Assembly (NCBI RefSeq): GCF_001949145.1
Contig: NW_019091361.1
Span: 744,001 to 808,000 of the forward strand
Reading direction: 5' to 3'
Source of the DNA: Acanthaster planci
Lineage: Eukaryota
Length of the DNA: 64,000 bases
Part shown: piece after piece, positions 10,201 through 21,100 of the stretch
Layout of the letters: each line of letters opens with the position of its first letter
Position numbering within the stretch: position 1 is the stretch's first letter
Made by a program: the position numbers and the translations under genes
Notes under the pieces: model-generated
What the model was told of the DNA's origin: nothing
What the model saw: only the letters and a program-made list of their open reading frames with translations
The model's database searches: none

Positions 10201-13200
10201 AATCCAAGCTAAAGTCTCCAGGTGTCCTTTCTCTATGGTGCAACCATAGAGTCAAGGTTTGACCAGGGCACTATGAAGGTGAAAGTTCACTCTTCCATTC
10301 TTTCAGTTCCCTGTGGATGGCATTGGGTGTGATCAGCATTATTCTGGGCAAACAGAGAGGTCAGCCTCTACCTGGTGGTAACCTGGACAAGTGAAACAGG
10401 TTAGGGCCATGCATGGCCAAATGGATTTGTATCTCAATGACTACTCATCTGTTCTCCCAAATGTGGCATTGTATATGTACATGTATATCTGTTGCAAGAT
10501 GCTTGATAAACAATACACACACAGACCCGTGAATGGTGGCAATGTCAACTGTTTTGAGGCAGAATTATTCTGATCTGCTGGCTAGGATGGAAGCTGAGAT
10601 GAATGCCTCGTCTGAAGGCATTTGGACTTGGGTCAGCTGCAACTACTGCACAAATACATGCACACGTACATGTATTACTTTTTCCCTGTTGGTGGCATGT
10701 TACTTCTTTTGCATGTGGATGCGACCTCGCATGAAGTTGCTTTTGCACAGCAACAAGCAACACATTGATATGACTAGGGTGGACAAAGATGCTACCCCTG
10801 GAGGCGCCCAAGGGGGGGATGGAGACCTAGCCCCGCACGTACCCCTCAGTGTCAACTACCACTTCACCAGGCAGTGCAACTACTCCTGTGGGTTCTGCTT
10901 CCACACAGCCAGGACATCTTTTGTTCTGCCCATAGATGAGTCCAAAAGAGGAATCCGTCTGCTGAAAGATGCAGGTTTGTACAGAGTACAACTGGTGCAG
11001 GTTACAATGTGGCAAAACTAACAGACTCCAAGCTCACACAATATTGTTCACAGAAATCTGCCTGAGAACCTTCAGCACTGTACTCAACAGAATATCTACA
11101 ATATGAAATCTTCACAGCTGTCTACTATTTTAAGGGCATTGTAAACGTTCCAGTATTTCTTATTCTTGGAGAAAAAAAAAAGTAAATCTGAAAATGATAT
11201 TCCCAGAAGAAATTACACAACTCCACACATCGAATAGAATACCAACACCGAGCAACATTACATCTGAGCAATACATACATGTACATGTACATACATACAC
11301 GTGTCCGTGTACCAGCAAGGGCAGGTACATGTACAATGTAATGTACATGTACATGTAGTGTGCATGTGCCCCAGTGATAATGTTGCACAAAGATGGACTG
11401 CCAGTAACAGACAGAACTATCTTCAGAAGTATTTATAACATTGTGAGAGTATTCACAACATGACAACATGAGTGCATGTACACATATACAATACATACAT
11501 GTACATAATGTACATATGCATACATGTGCATGTACCCGTACATTTACGATAATTTGTCATGTACAACCACATTTTTTGTGCCGTACATGATATTCTTCAT
11601 AACTTAAAGTAATAATCAAATGTTCTCCCATACTGGAATTTTTGTTCCGAACGGTGCAGTCTTTCAGTGTTGAAGGACACACATTGGCATGTACATGTAT
11701 ACAGAGCAAGTATTGAACTACCCAGAGGAGGTGGGGTACATGTACATGAAGTGAATGGCAAAATTCTTCATTTTTTTTTATCAGAGACTAAACATTCGTC
11801 CACTTTGAGGGAAGACAATGTGGTAGAAGAGAAATGTTCAGAAGACAACTGTACTAAGAAATGACCATATGTATATGTGCATGTACCTTATTGAAATAAG
11901 TCAACCAAATTCCTGACCCTTCTAAGGTGTACACATAAATCATATGGTACATGTTCATGGTGCATTGATGGAAAACATGAACTACATGTACATTTGTTAA
12001 CATCTTCAAATTCTTTTTTTTTAACAAGGACTTGTGTATTCAGTGGATTTTTCGAAATGCAGAAATGCATCATTTCAGTTGAATAATGCTGCTGGTCATT
12101 CCTTCTGCTACCGGTGACACAAGTACTTTCTTTTTATTTAAATCATTGCCTTTTTTCTTGACAAAAACACAGGTATGCAGAAGATCAATTTCTCTGGCGG
12201 CGAGCCGTTCATTGTGCAGCGAGGAAAGTTTGTGGGGGAACTTGTGCGATTCTGCAAAGTTGATCTGCAGCTTCCAAGTGTCACCATCGTCAGTAACGGC
12301 AGCCTGATAGATGAGAAATGGTTTAAAAACTACGGTATGTCAGGGTCATTCACATCTAATTAATGAGCTGGTTTTAAAACTGATGCATTGATCAACAGAA
12401 CACTGAGGAAAAAAATTACATTAAATCCTTGAAATCTAGGAAACAACTGTAAAAATGACAATCTGTTATAAACTCAACAAAAAATATTTAAATAAATGTA
12501 CATTTTGTACAAAACTTGGACATTTTATTTACTTATTTACACTCTTGCCCAATTCTTGAACTACTGGTATCATACCAGACTTGGATTTTCAAACCATATA
12601 CATGTATCAGTACATGTAAGTCACACTTTAATTTGTCGTTTTTGAGGGGTGATTTCTCGACAACCTGTGACAACGATTCTGACAGACTAAGTCTGAAAGA
12701 CATGTATTCATCATACGCATTAATACGTGAAAAATACCAGTGCAGTATTTTTAAGTGATTTACCGGTACATGTACATGTACACTGCTCAAAAAAAAGTAT
12801 GGACCACTTTTTATTTTGTGTATACTTTTTTAAATGAGACATTTTACGGCTGAAAAGGTGCATTTGATGTTTTGAAACATTAAAAAAAATTTTATTCCAA
12901 TGAGAACACCATCTAGGCAAACAAAAAATGAAAGAACTAAACCCCACTCATTACTTGGAAAAAAATTAAAAGTTAAGAAAAAAGTGGTCCTTAACTTTTT
13001 TTTTAGTCGTGTACATGTACGAGTACCAGTCAGAAATTAATCTAGCTACATGCAAAATTCTTCATTTTCCATGAGAGTATTGGGCTGAGTAAAGCAAAAC
13101 TTTACAGCTCAGAGCTACCTAGAAGGAACATGGGATTGAAGACTCCAGAATGGCTGGTCACTGGCTTAGAACTACAAAAGGCTTGGGCTGAGGGTATGAG

Positions 13201-16200
13201 GACTAAAAAAGTGTTCAGTTTTCCAGTTCGTAACATATGCACTAAGTACTTGTACATCTACATACACTGCTGTTTAATGTTTCATTCTCTCTCAGGTGAG
13301 CATCTTGACATCTTGGCTATTTCCTGTGATAGCTTTAATCCAGAGGTCAATGAAAGAATTGGACGACAACAAGGCCAGAAGAATCACCTTGACAGTTTGC
13401 AGCGCGTGCGAGATTTGTGCTCAACGTACAAAGTAAGCGCAAAGCACTATGCAACTGGGACCACAGAAACATGTACATACACAGTACACATACATCAGAA
13501 CAAAAAGTTGATGTGAAAGTACAGTACATGTATGACAATTACACCCTCCACTTGTCATGGCTTGGGTTCAAATCCTACTGAAACTAACGTGTGAATTGAA
13601 AATGTCCTGTCCCATAAATATGTATACAAACAACAATACCATAGGCTCTGATGAGGAATTTGGGTTTCTATGATAACAATCAAATGGCTGCCTGTAAGCA
13701 AAAAATGCTCCAAAGGGAGACTGCTAAAAAAAAACATTAGCGCACAATATTGAAGCATACATGTACATCCACTGAGTCACACATGAAGGGATATGCACAA
13801 GACACATTATACGTACATATACACACTTATGCATGGTAACAGATCAGTCCCCACTGATACATGTAGCCTATGTATTATGTCATGATATGGAAACACTACA
13901 ATACATGTATAAATACTGTAACTAACAAAAACATTGATGTACGCAGTCAGGAAAGTTGGATCAGGTTCAACTTTTCCATCTCACATACATGTAACTCATT
14001 TTACCACATACATGTACATGTATGCCACCCTAACTGTCTGTCTAACATAAGTATGAGTTTGGCTTCAAGAGGCAGTATTGCCACCTCAAAAAGTCATTTT
14101 ATGCAAAATGTTTCCAGTTTTGGATGCTATTTTGTTTAATTTTTTGGGGGTGTAATAACATCAGCCAGCATCTGTTTTGTCTGCGTCTTGACATTTACAT
14201 GGCACTGGCATTCGTCACAACTACATGTATGTGGAAACCAAGCTTTACACAACATACCCGAATGAATCTCTGAAGTGGATAGTGCAGAATGAGTTGCATA
14301 CTGTTTAAGTGAACAACGTAATGACACAAACGTGCACTATTCAAGGAACAATGTAGGGCATTTCGGAAACAGTTACCGGTATCTCCCTATGTCTTCAACA
14401 ATTGTTCAACAAAGAAAGCACTGATTTGCAAAATATAGGGACAAGTTATTGTCTTTCTTGCTCTGAAGATCATCAGCAATCATTTCTTTGTCTGCAACTG
14501 TGCTTTTCCCTACAGGTTGCATTCAAGATCAACAGTGTCATAAATACACACAACAAAGATGAAGATATGGTAGACTATATCACTAATCTTAACCCAGTCA
14601 GATGGAAGGTAATGTACCCCCTCTACAAGTACAATGAACCCAGTCACATTTTCCCCTGAAGTAAGAATTGTCAGTCAGTAAAAATTATGATGGGAAAAAG
14701 TGAAAAATCATAAAGCCCTCTCTGGCAAGTTGGTGTACATGATGATGTTACCAGGTACATGTACATGTAAGGTGTGTTATGGTATATGCACCTTGCATCT
14801 CACAAGTGAGTTGGCTTAAGTGGCTGCCATGATGAGACAGACACTTACGTCTGATATGATGAGAAAGGCAAGACTCTTCCTCCTTGCAGGAAAGCAATGA
14901 CTGCTCTTTGTGTAGAATTGCATATCCTCAACTACCTGTACATGTACATGGCTTGAGCCATGAAAACTGATTATCTCATACTGCATCCTGTTGGAATAAG
15001 CCATTTGCCAGTTAAATTTGAATAAAATCTGGTGCACTGAGTTATCTGTCGGCACATAAACAAAATGATTTGAATTCACCTGACTAAAGACACTGTTGCT
15101 ATACCTCGTGATTCGGGGCAAGCTTTTGCATAGCGACCACCATCTCTGGAATGGACTAGTTCCTTTGTGCCCTTCTTATCCATTGAGAACAGTGTATCGT
15201 TACAAGGCGTCACTTATGTAACTAAGCAAAAGCTTGCCCCAAATCATGAGGTATAGCAACAGTGGTTTTAGTAAGGAGAATTCAAGTTGTTATGTTCACG
15301 TGAATTTAAAGAACTCAGTGTACCAGATTTGGGTCAAAATTAACTCACAAAAGGCTTATTGAAATGACTCCTCTGGCAGCAGCTGCCCTCTGTGGACCCG
15401 TTCAAAGCTCAGTATACCGATGGCTGAGCCACAAACTTGGGGGGGGGGTTGACTCTGGTCACAAGGAGAGCAACAGTCACAAGGCTGGCGGCCTAGTGCA
15501 GCTGTTCCCTTCAACTTTGTCAGCTTTCCTTCAACAAGTTAATGTCATAACTGTGGACTTTCTCTCTTCTTGTCTCCATGCTGTTTGATGTCACAGTTCC
15601 TTTTGAAGGGCAATTGTTGAGAACATCCCTTTGTTGGTCCTCAGACCTGTTTATCTTGCTTGGTTCTAATAAAAGATATTTTATCACCTATCCATTTTTT
15701 TGGAACCAGCCTCGTTCAACCTGAGCTTTTTGCTGCCACTGCTATCCTCTTCATCCAATGATGTTTATAAAAGCCTTTTATGTTTTTGTCATTCATGCAT
15801 TTCCTACATGTACTTAGGTTTTCCAGTGTCTTTTGATCGGAGGAGAGAACTGTGGCGAAGATGCCCTTCGTCATGCTGAGTCCTATGTCATAAGTGAAGA
15901 AGACTTCCAGGCATTTCTAGACAGACACAAGGATGTCAAATGTTTGGTGCCAGAATCAAATGACAAGGTAGAGATTCATGTACAACATAGCCAAAAAACA
16001 AAAGAAAAATACCAAGTAATGAATAATGACAAGAAACTAGTTGGTTGAATTTAAAAAGTCTGGAGTACTTCTGGAAGAGGTGATTGAACCCATGCAAGAC
16101 TATGACTGTAATGGTTTGTGAACTAAAACGTACAGAATCACCTTTGTAAAGGTTCTGTCATTATCTGATGGATCAAATTCATTTTCTTTACTCTCCTTTC

Positions 16201-16984
16201 TTTGCAACACAGATGCAGAACTCTTACCTCATTCTCGATGAATACGTAAGTAGTCGCACATGTACCGTGAGACTGTATGGAACTTATTGGTACATGTACA
16301 TGTAGGTGCAAGGACACTCTTGAAACTGCCTGCACTTACATGTACATTATACATGTACACGTACATGTATCTCCACATTTTCAACAGCACATGTACAGGT
16401 ATCAGGTGCATTAGAGGTTTACATACAGTACATAATTGCTGATTCATAACAGGAGTAGAAGGTGGCGTATAACATTAAAGCCCTGTACTCAATGAAAAGA
16501 CCATCAATTAATATGGAAACAGCAGCTGTCTGAAACATTGACAACACTCACTACCGGTTCTTTTAAGAACTACCAGTAAATTTGTTCAAAGAAGAGACAG
16601 GTTCCAGGACTGTGCGGAAAGCTATCATCTGTACCATACCGGTACCTTAAAAGGATCTTCTAAAGTGGCTTCAATGAAAAGAAATAAATTACAAATTAGT
16701 TTGATCTTAAAACTGAAGTCACTATAAAGGTGTTCGCCGGTTTGGCCCAGTTTTTTCTTTTTTCACTGTCAAACTGTTTTATTTGTTCAAATTTGAATGA
16801 ATTCTGAATTTCACCACAGATGCGGTTTTTGGATTGCACTAAAGGAAGCAAAGACCCTTCCAAGTCCATTCTGGACGTTGGTGTGACTGAGGCACTCAAG
16901 TTCAGTGGTTTTGATGAGCAGATGTTCTTGAAGAGAGGAGGCAAGTACAAATGGAGTAAAGCAGACATGAAGCTGGACTGGTAA
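6880..16984 (+). CDS. RSAD2: Viperin / radical SAM domain-containing protein 2 (ddhCTP synthase), whole spliced gene. Isoform A = join(6880..7222,12173..12334,13296..13432,14516..14608,15818..15967,16213..16245,16820..16984), 360 aa. Isoform B uses 10533..10974 as first exon, 393 aa
   Basis: Manual splicing gives an uninterrupted frame; all introns are GT-AG with matching phases. Viperin signatures: [38 protein letters not shown] [47 protein letters not shown] and C-terminal [16 protein letters not shown]. Confidence 0.97.
7911..7921 (-). promoter_or_regulatory. Candidate NF-kB site between viperin exons 1A and 1B
   Basis: GGGGAAGTCCC; the reverse complement GGGACTTCCCC matches the kB consensus. 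Confidence 0.4.
8943..9343 (+). mobile_element. 3' fragment of an L2/CR1-group LINE ORF2 (decayed)
   Basis: [14 protein letters not shown]...[26 protein letters not shown]; after frameshifts [34 protein letters not shown], the typical C-terminal tail of L2-type RT proteins. Confidence 0.85.
9745..10130. repeat. Minisatellite, ~52-bp unit, ~7 copies, decaying at the 3' end
   Basis: Unit ACTAATAGGGAACTGTACAGGTACCATCTCAGTCAATATATACCGGTACCAT; units start at 9761, 9813, 9865, 9918, 9970 and about 10016. Confidence 0.93.
10275..10398. promoter_or_regulatory. Cluster of IRF/ISRE-like motifs upstream of viperin exon 1B
   Basis: GAAGGTGAAAGT (10275), CTTTCAGTTCC = GGAACTGAAAG on the minus strand (10300), AAGTGAAACA (10389). 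Imperfect matches to GAAANNGAAA / AANNGAAA. Confidence 0.35.
10533..10974 (+). CDS. RSAD2: Viperin alternative first coding exon 1B (longer Cys-rich anchor + CxxxCxxC motif)
   Basis: Open frame MVAMSTVL...[23 protein letters not shown]...LKDA-G; phase-1 donor CAG|GTTTGT at 10974/10975. The real start could be one of several downstream in-frame ATGs. Confidence 0.9.
12173..12334 (+). CDS. RSAD2: Viperin shared exon 2
   Basis: ACAG|GT ATG CAG acceptor; (G)[28 protein letters not shown]...[13 protein letters not shown](G); donor G|GTATGT. Confidence 0.96.
12781..13011. mobile_element. Tc1/mariner-type MITE in viperin intron 2
   Basis: TA|CACTGCTCAAAAAAAAGTATGGACCACTTTT ... AAAAGTGGTCCTTAACTTTTTTTTTAGTCGTG|TA: imperfect TIRs with TA target duplication. 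Confidence 0.75.
13296..13432 (+). CDS. RSAD2: Viperin shared exon 3
   Basis: TCTCTCTCAG| acceptor; (G)[45 protein letters not shown]; donor |GTAAGC. Confidence 0.96.
14516..14608 (+). CDS. RSAD2: Viperin shared exon 4
   Basis: TTTTCCCTACAG| acceptor; [31 protein letters not shown]; donor AAG|GTAATG. Confidence 0.96.
14995..15360. mobile_element. Foldback/MITE with ~140-bp inverted arms in viperin intron 4
   Basis: For example CACTGTTGCTATACCTCGTGATTCGGGGCAAGCTTTTGC pairs with GCAAAAGCTTGCCCCAAATCATGAGGTATAGCAACAGTG, and AAATCTGGTGCACTGAGTT with AACTCAGTGTACCAGATTT. Confidence 0.8.
15818..15967 (+). CDS. RSAD2: Viperin shared exon 5
   Basis: CTTAG| acceptor; [50 protein letters not shown]; donor AAG|GTAGAG. 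Confidence 0.96.
16213..16245 (+). CDS. RSAD2: Viperin shared exon 6 (33-nt mini-exon)
   Basis: ACACAG| acceptor; [11 protein letters not shown]; donor |GTAAGT. Confidence 0.95.
16820..16984 (+). CDS. RSAD2: Viperin terminal exon 7
   Basis: CCACAG| acceptor; [57 protein letters not shown] stop at 16982-16984. Confidence 0.97.
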   Translation: MRFLDCTKGSKDPSKSILDVGVTEALKFSGFDEQMFLKRGGKYKWSKADMKLDW

Positions 16985-17819
16985 TCTGATGACTTACATG
17001 TACATGTACAAAACACTTCTCTATGTACATGTACCAGTACATGCCCCAGTCTTCAGTGTGAAACCTGAACTCCTCACAGTACAGTAAAGCACTAATGTCC
17101 TCCGACTGAATTTGCTTCCAAAGCCTGTTGGGCTGCCTACACTGTATATCTTTTACTCAGATATTAACTCCCGTGGTAACACATCAAGTTTAGAATAACT
17201 CAAAACAACAGAACTTAATCATGGGGCAGCCATTTCGTTTTTCTACCATTGGAAGAAGTGTTACCGAACTGAGGATGGAAGAAAATGGTCTGTTTGCATT
17301 TATCAACACGTAAAGTTGTATTACTTTGGCATTTAGTATACAGGAGCTAGACAAAAATGGTGGCATCATGATAAAGGTTTACAGAGATTTATAAATGCTT
17401 GCAACTGACACCAATGTTCTACACAGTACCAGTACATGTTTGTATTAACATGTATAAACACAAAGTATCAACATTTATATATTTTAGCAGAAAGTTGTTA
17501 ATTACAATTTGTTCTTGTCTAAGCTTGTACCGGTACCTTGTGATCGTGTTTCTACATGTGTATGTATCACCTACATGTACGGATTTGTTTACCATAAGGT
17601 TAAGTGTGGTTACCCGTGGTTACCTAGATCGAGCTTCCCAGTTACTTACATGTACTCCTCAATACGCTTATGTAACTTGTTCACAAAGTGACCTTGTCAA
17701 TTTGCATTAATTGTAAGCTCTTTTGGATCCAGACCAGCATTTTTATTCAAAAAGTAACACCACCTCAAAATTATTTTCTTTTAGACCAGTTTGCTGATAA
17801 CTTTAAGGCAGTGAGTAGC

Positions 17820-18160
17820 AAAAACACATTTTCTTGCTTTCACCAAAACGCTCGGAGCCTACGTAAGAATTTTGATAATATGATTGACTATATAAACATT
17901 CTTCAATACCAATTTCATGTCACTGGTTTCAGCAAAACATGGCTAGACGACAAGAGCCCAGATTTCTGCATTAAAAATTACTCATGTGTGAAGAAAAATA
18001 GGTAGATAAAACTGGTGGTGGTGTTGCCTTATATGTGCATAATTCTCTTAACTTTTTTGTACGCAATGATCTCAAACTAAGTAACTATGCCTGTGATTCT
18101 CTTTTCATTGAAATTCCCCATTCTCAGGGTAAAAGTATTACAGTTGGCATAATCTACACA
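17820..18160 (+). mobile_element. Decayed APE-type endonuclease fragment of a CR1/L2-group LINE
   Basis: FHQNARSLRKNFD...VTGFSKTWL...KNR*DKTGGGVALYVHNSL...DSLFIEI...ITVGIIY with an internal stop; matches the NxRSL, (E)TWL and GGGVALY motifs. Confidence 0.85.
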
Positions 18161-21100
18161 CTGAAATAATGTAATGTACATAGTGGTATGGTACAACAGT
18201 CATCCCCAATGGCTTAGTCAGTGTTCAAGTACATGCTTAATGTTCACTCAACCACTGTGCCTGTACATGTACCACATTTACATTTAGCAGTGGCACACAT
18301 AGTGTACATGTACATGCACAGTGGCTTATACAGTGTACATGTACATGTGTACATGTACCAGGTAATGTACCATGAGTGATAGCCCCTTAGTGACCCTTCA
18401 TTGTGACAATATACCGGTAGTGGTGCATGTAAAATGCAATGACTTTCATGTACTACGCCTACCAGTACATCTACTTTGAAAGTAATTTCCTGAGAAAAAT
18501 GTCCAGCCCTCTAAATTTACTTCTTCAGGTGAAAACAAGAAAACTATCATCTTTCCATTTTCAAACCATGATTGGAAATCATTGTATACATTTTTATGTG
18601 CAGTGAAAAAAAGACTACTGATATGAATATATTCTCGTTCACTCAAATTGGTAACTTAAGGCTCATTTCACCTTGAAGTCACACCTTGTTTCTACCGAGA
18701 GGAAGGGATATCACATGTATGCTTGAAATAGTGTACCTCCATGGTACCTCTGATCAAGTAAAAAGGTTTTTTTCAGCCATTTTGAAAGAAATCAGCACTC
18801 CTAAACAAGTGCAAACAGTCTTTATTAAACCTTTTCCGATGCAAGTCATTAATACTTTTTAACATATCTTGTCCTTCCACAGTAGTGTGCACGTTACCAT
18901 TGTACATGCACAATATCCGGCAAATCACCGAAAGATTGCCAAATCGCTACCTGTACCTCTTACCCACTTGTAGCCCACACACTGACAGTCCAATCTCTGG
19001 CACATTGTGGTGGTCAGTGTGACTGCATTGGAAAACTAACTTTTGCAATTTTAGATGGGGGCAGACATCTTTAAGTAAACCCAATGTAACAAACTATGGA
19101 AATGATAACACACCCTAAGAATCAATAAAAGAGGAAAAATCGTGTCTAAATCAATAGTCCAACTGGACAGAGTGAGTTACGGTGGAAAGACTCTGATAAA
19201 AAGAATAAACATTATAGAAAAAAATCACAGAACCTTTGCATTTAAACTCAAAATCGAGAAGCTTCATCAGTTCCCCCAAGCTCCATTGACATGTACATAC
19301 CGGTATGATGGAAGTTTACTGTAGTACTGTAATTGGCCTTTGATGGTTTGTGTAAACACTTCACCAAAGTTTCCCATTGATATTTTCACATGTTGAAACA
19401 GAAATTATGAAATAAGCATTTCAAAACTGAAAGCATCATACATGTTACCAAAAAAATTACATAAAAAGAGCACATGTACACGATACAGTACATGTACGGT
19501 ATATACCCCCCCCATATGCAGAGTTTCAAAAACTGAGCCCACATTACATGTAGGTGGTTATTCGTTTTATACACCAGATCAGCCAGTACAACCATTTCCA
19601 CTTTATTCAAATGAATATGAAAATCAAATATTACAGTACAGCAGACGTTAATGAATGATAAGCTACTGAAGAGGAATTGTTGCCAGGAATAGATAGTCTT
19701 AACAACTTTAACACTTTCGCTTGCAATGTACTGTGCGTAAAATACTGACCTCAACTGAACATGTACACTACCAGAGCAACACTTACCACTTCTTACAGTG
19801 GGATGCTCCCAAGATGAACAAATCCTAGTCACTTGAAGATTTTGTCTGCAGAGACTGCCCACTCAAGGATCCATTCAGAAGTACACGTATGCGGGTTCTA
19901 CCTACGGTACATGTACCCTGTCTCCACTTCTGGGTGAAGAATTAACATACAGCAGTATGTACATGTACATGTGCAGTGTACCCAGTCCCTGTAATTTGAT
20001 AACAGAGACAAGTCCCTGTCAGGAAACAGGATTGATAGTAAGATTTTTCATTTCAGTAATCACATTTCTTTAATTTGCATAATTTAACTGAGCATGTGTG
20101 ACTTCAGTCCAGACAATTGCATGTGCTAGTAAATGGCTGGAAAAAGTCTCTACATTTGTAGGTTTGTCCAATCAGAATTACATCCAATAAAGTTGTTGCT
20201 TTTTTAATTCTTTCAGCATGACAACTGAAACATGTACCAGTAGCTTCATTACTACCCAAGCTGAAAACAGGTTGAGTACATACAGCAGAAGATTGTTGCA
20301 ATGTGCTTCCGAAAGCTTTTTCGAAATGTAAATTTATTCAAAACCGTGTGTACAAAAAAAACAGAGTAGGGCTAGTACGCATACAATGATACATGTTATG
20401 TAGATCCCTCTGAATCTCATCTGTCAACTGAGGGCGCTCTTACAATTTGACAATGTAAAGAACAACTTACAGTACATGTATTTCCAACTTCACATTGGAA
20501 CATGCACTAGGCATGATCAATCGACCTGTGGTTTGAAGCTCTTACATAATTTTAAAGACGTAATGAGTTACATCCAATTTCAATTTACCGGCATTTGTAC
20601 GGAAGAGAGCAACTTTCCAACCATAAACTGCATATTGTTGGTCCCTCACTAAACTACCATACACCACCCTACACTTCCTTTTGTGTATTAGATTTTACTT
20701 TTGTTTAAATATTGTTTTGGTTATATGTACTTCATGTACCGGTATATATTCTTTCAATAGCATCTTTTAATATAAATTTATTTCTTTGTGTTAATGCATA
20801 CTGTCATAATTCAGAACGTACATGTACATGTATGTAAAAAGTACCTTGCATTTGTACCAATTTCCCGTACACTCACAATACCACTCAGATACTCCAAGCC
20901 GGAACATGCCAGGTATTCATGATTTCAAATATTCAGTCCACTCATTCATTATTCTCACAAATGGCCACTTCCCATTCCAAGCCCTGATCACATTTAATGA
21001 CCTCTATTTACCATTAGCCCAACTCCCCTGATGGCCATGCTGTAGCACTGAGCATGAGAAGTGGAATGATTATTGGGTTATTAGTCGAGGGCAACGAAGC

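Noticed and set aside
6880..10974. Exon 1A and 1B as an allelic mis-assembly or as two complete tandem viperin genes
   Set aside because: N-terminal parts and flanks are far too diverged for alleles, and only one set of exons 2-7 is present.
10741..10974. 1B spliced as an internal exon after 1A (double radical-SAM motif) via TTTTGCACAG at 10750
   Set aside because: That acceptor needs phase 2 while the 1A donor is phase 1, giving a frameshift. Other acceptors were not exhaustively tested.
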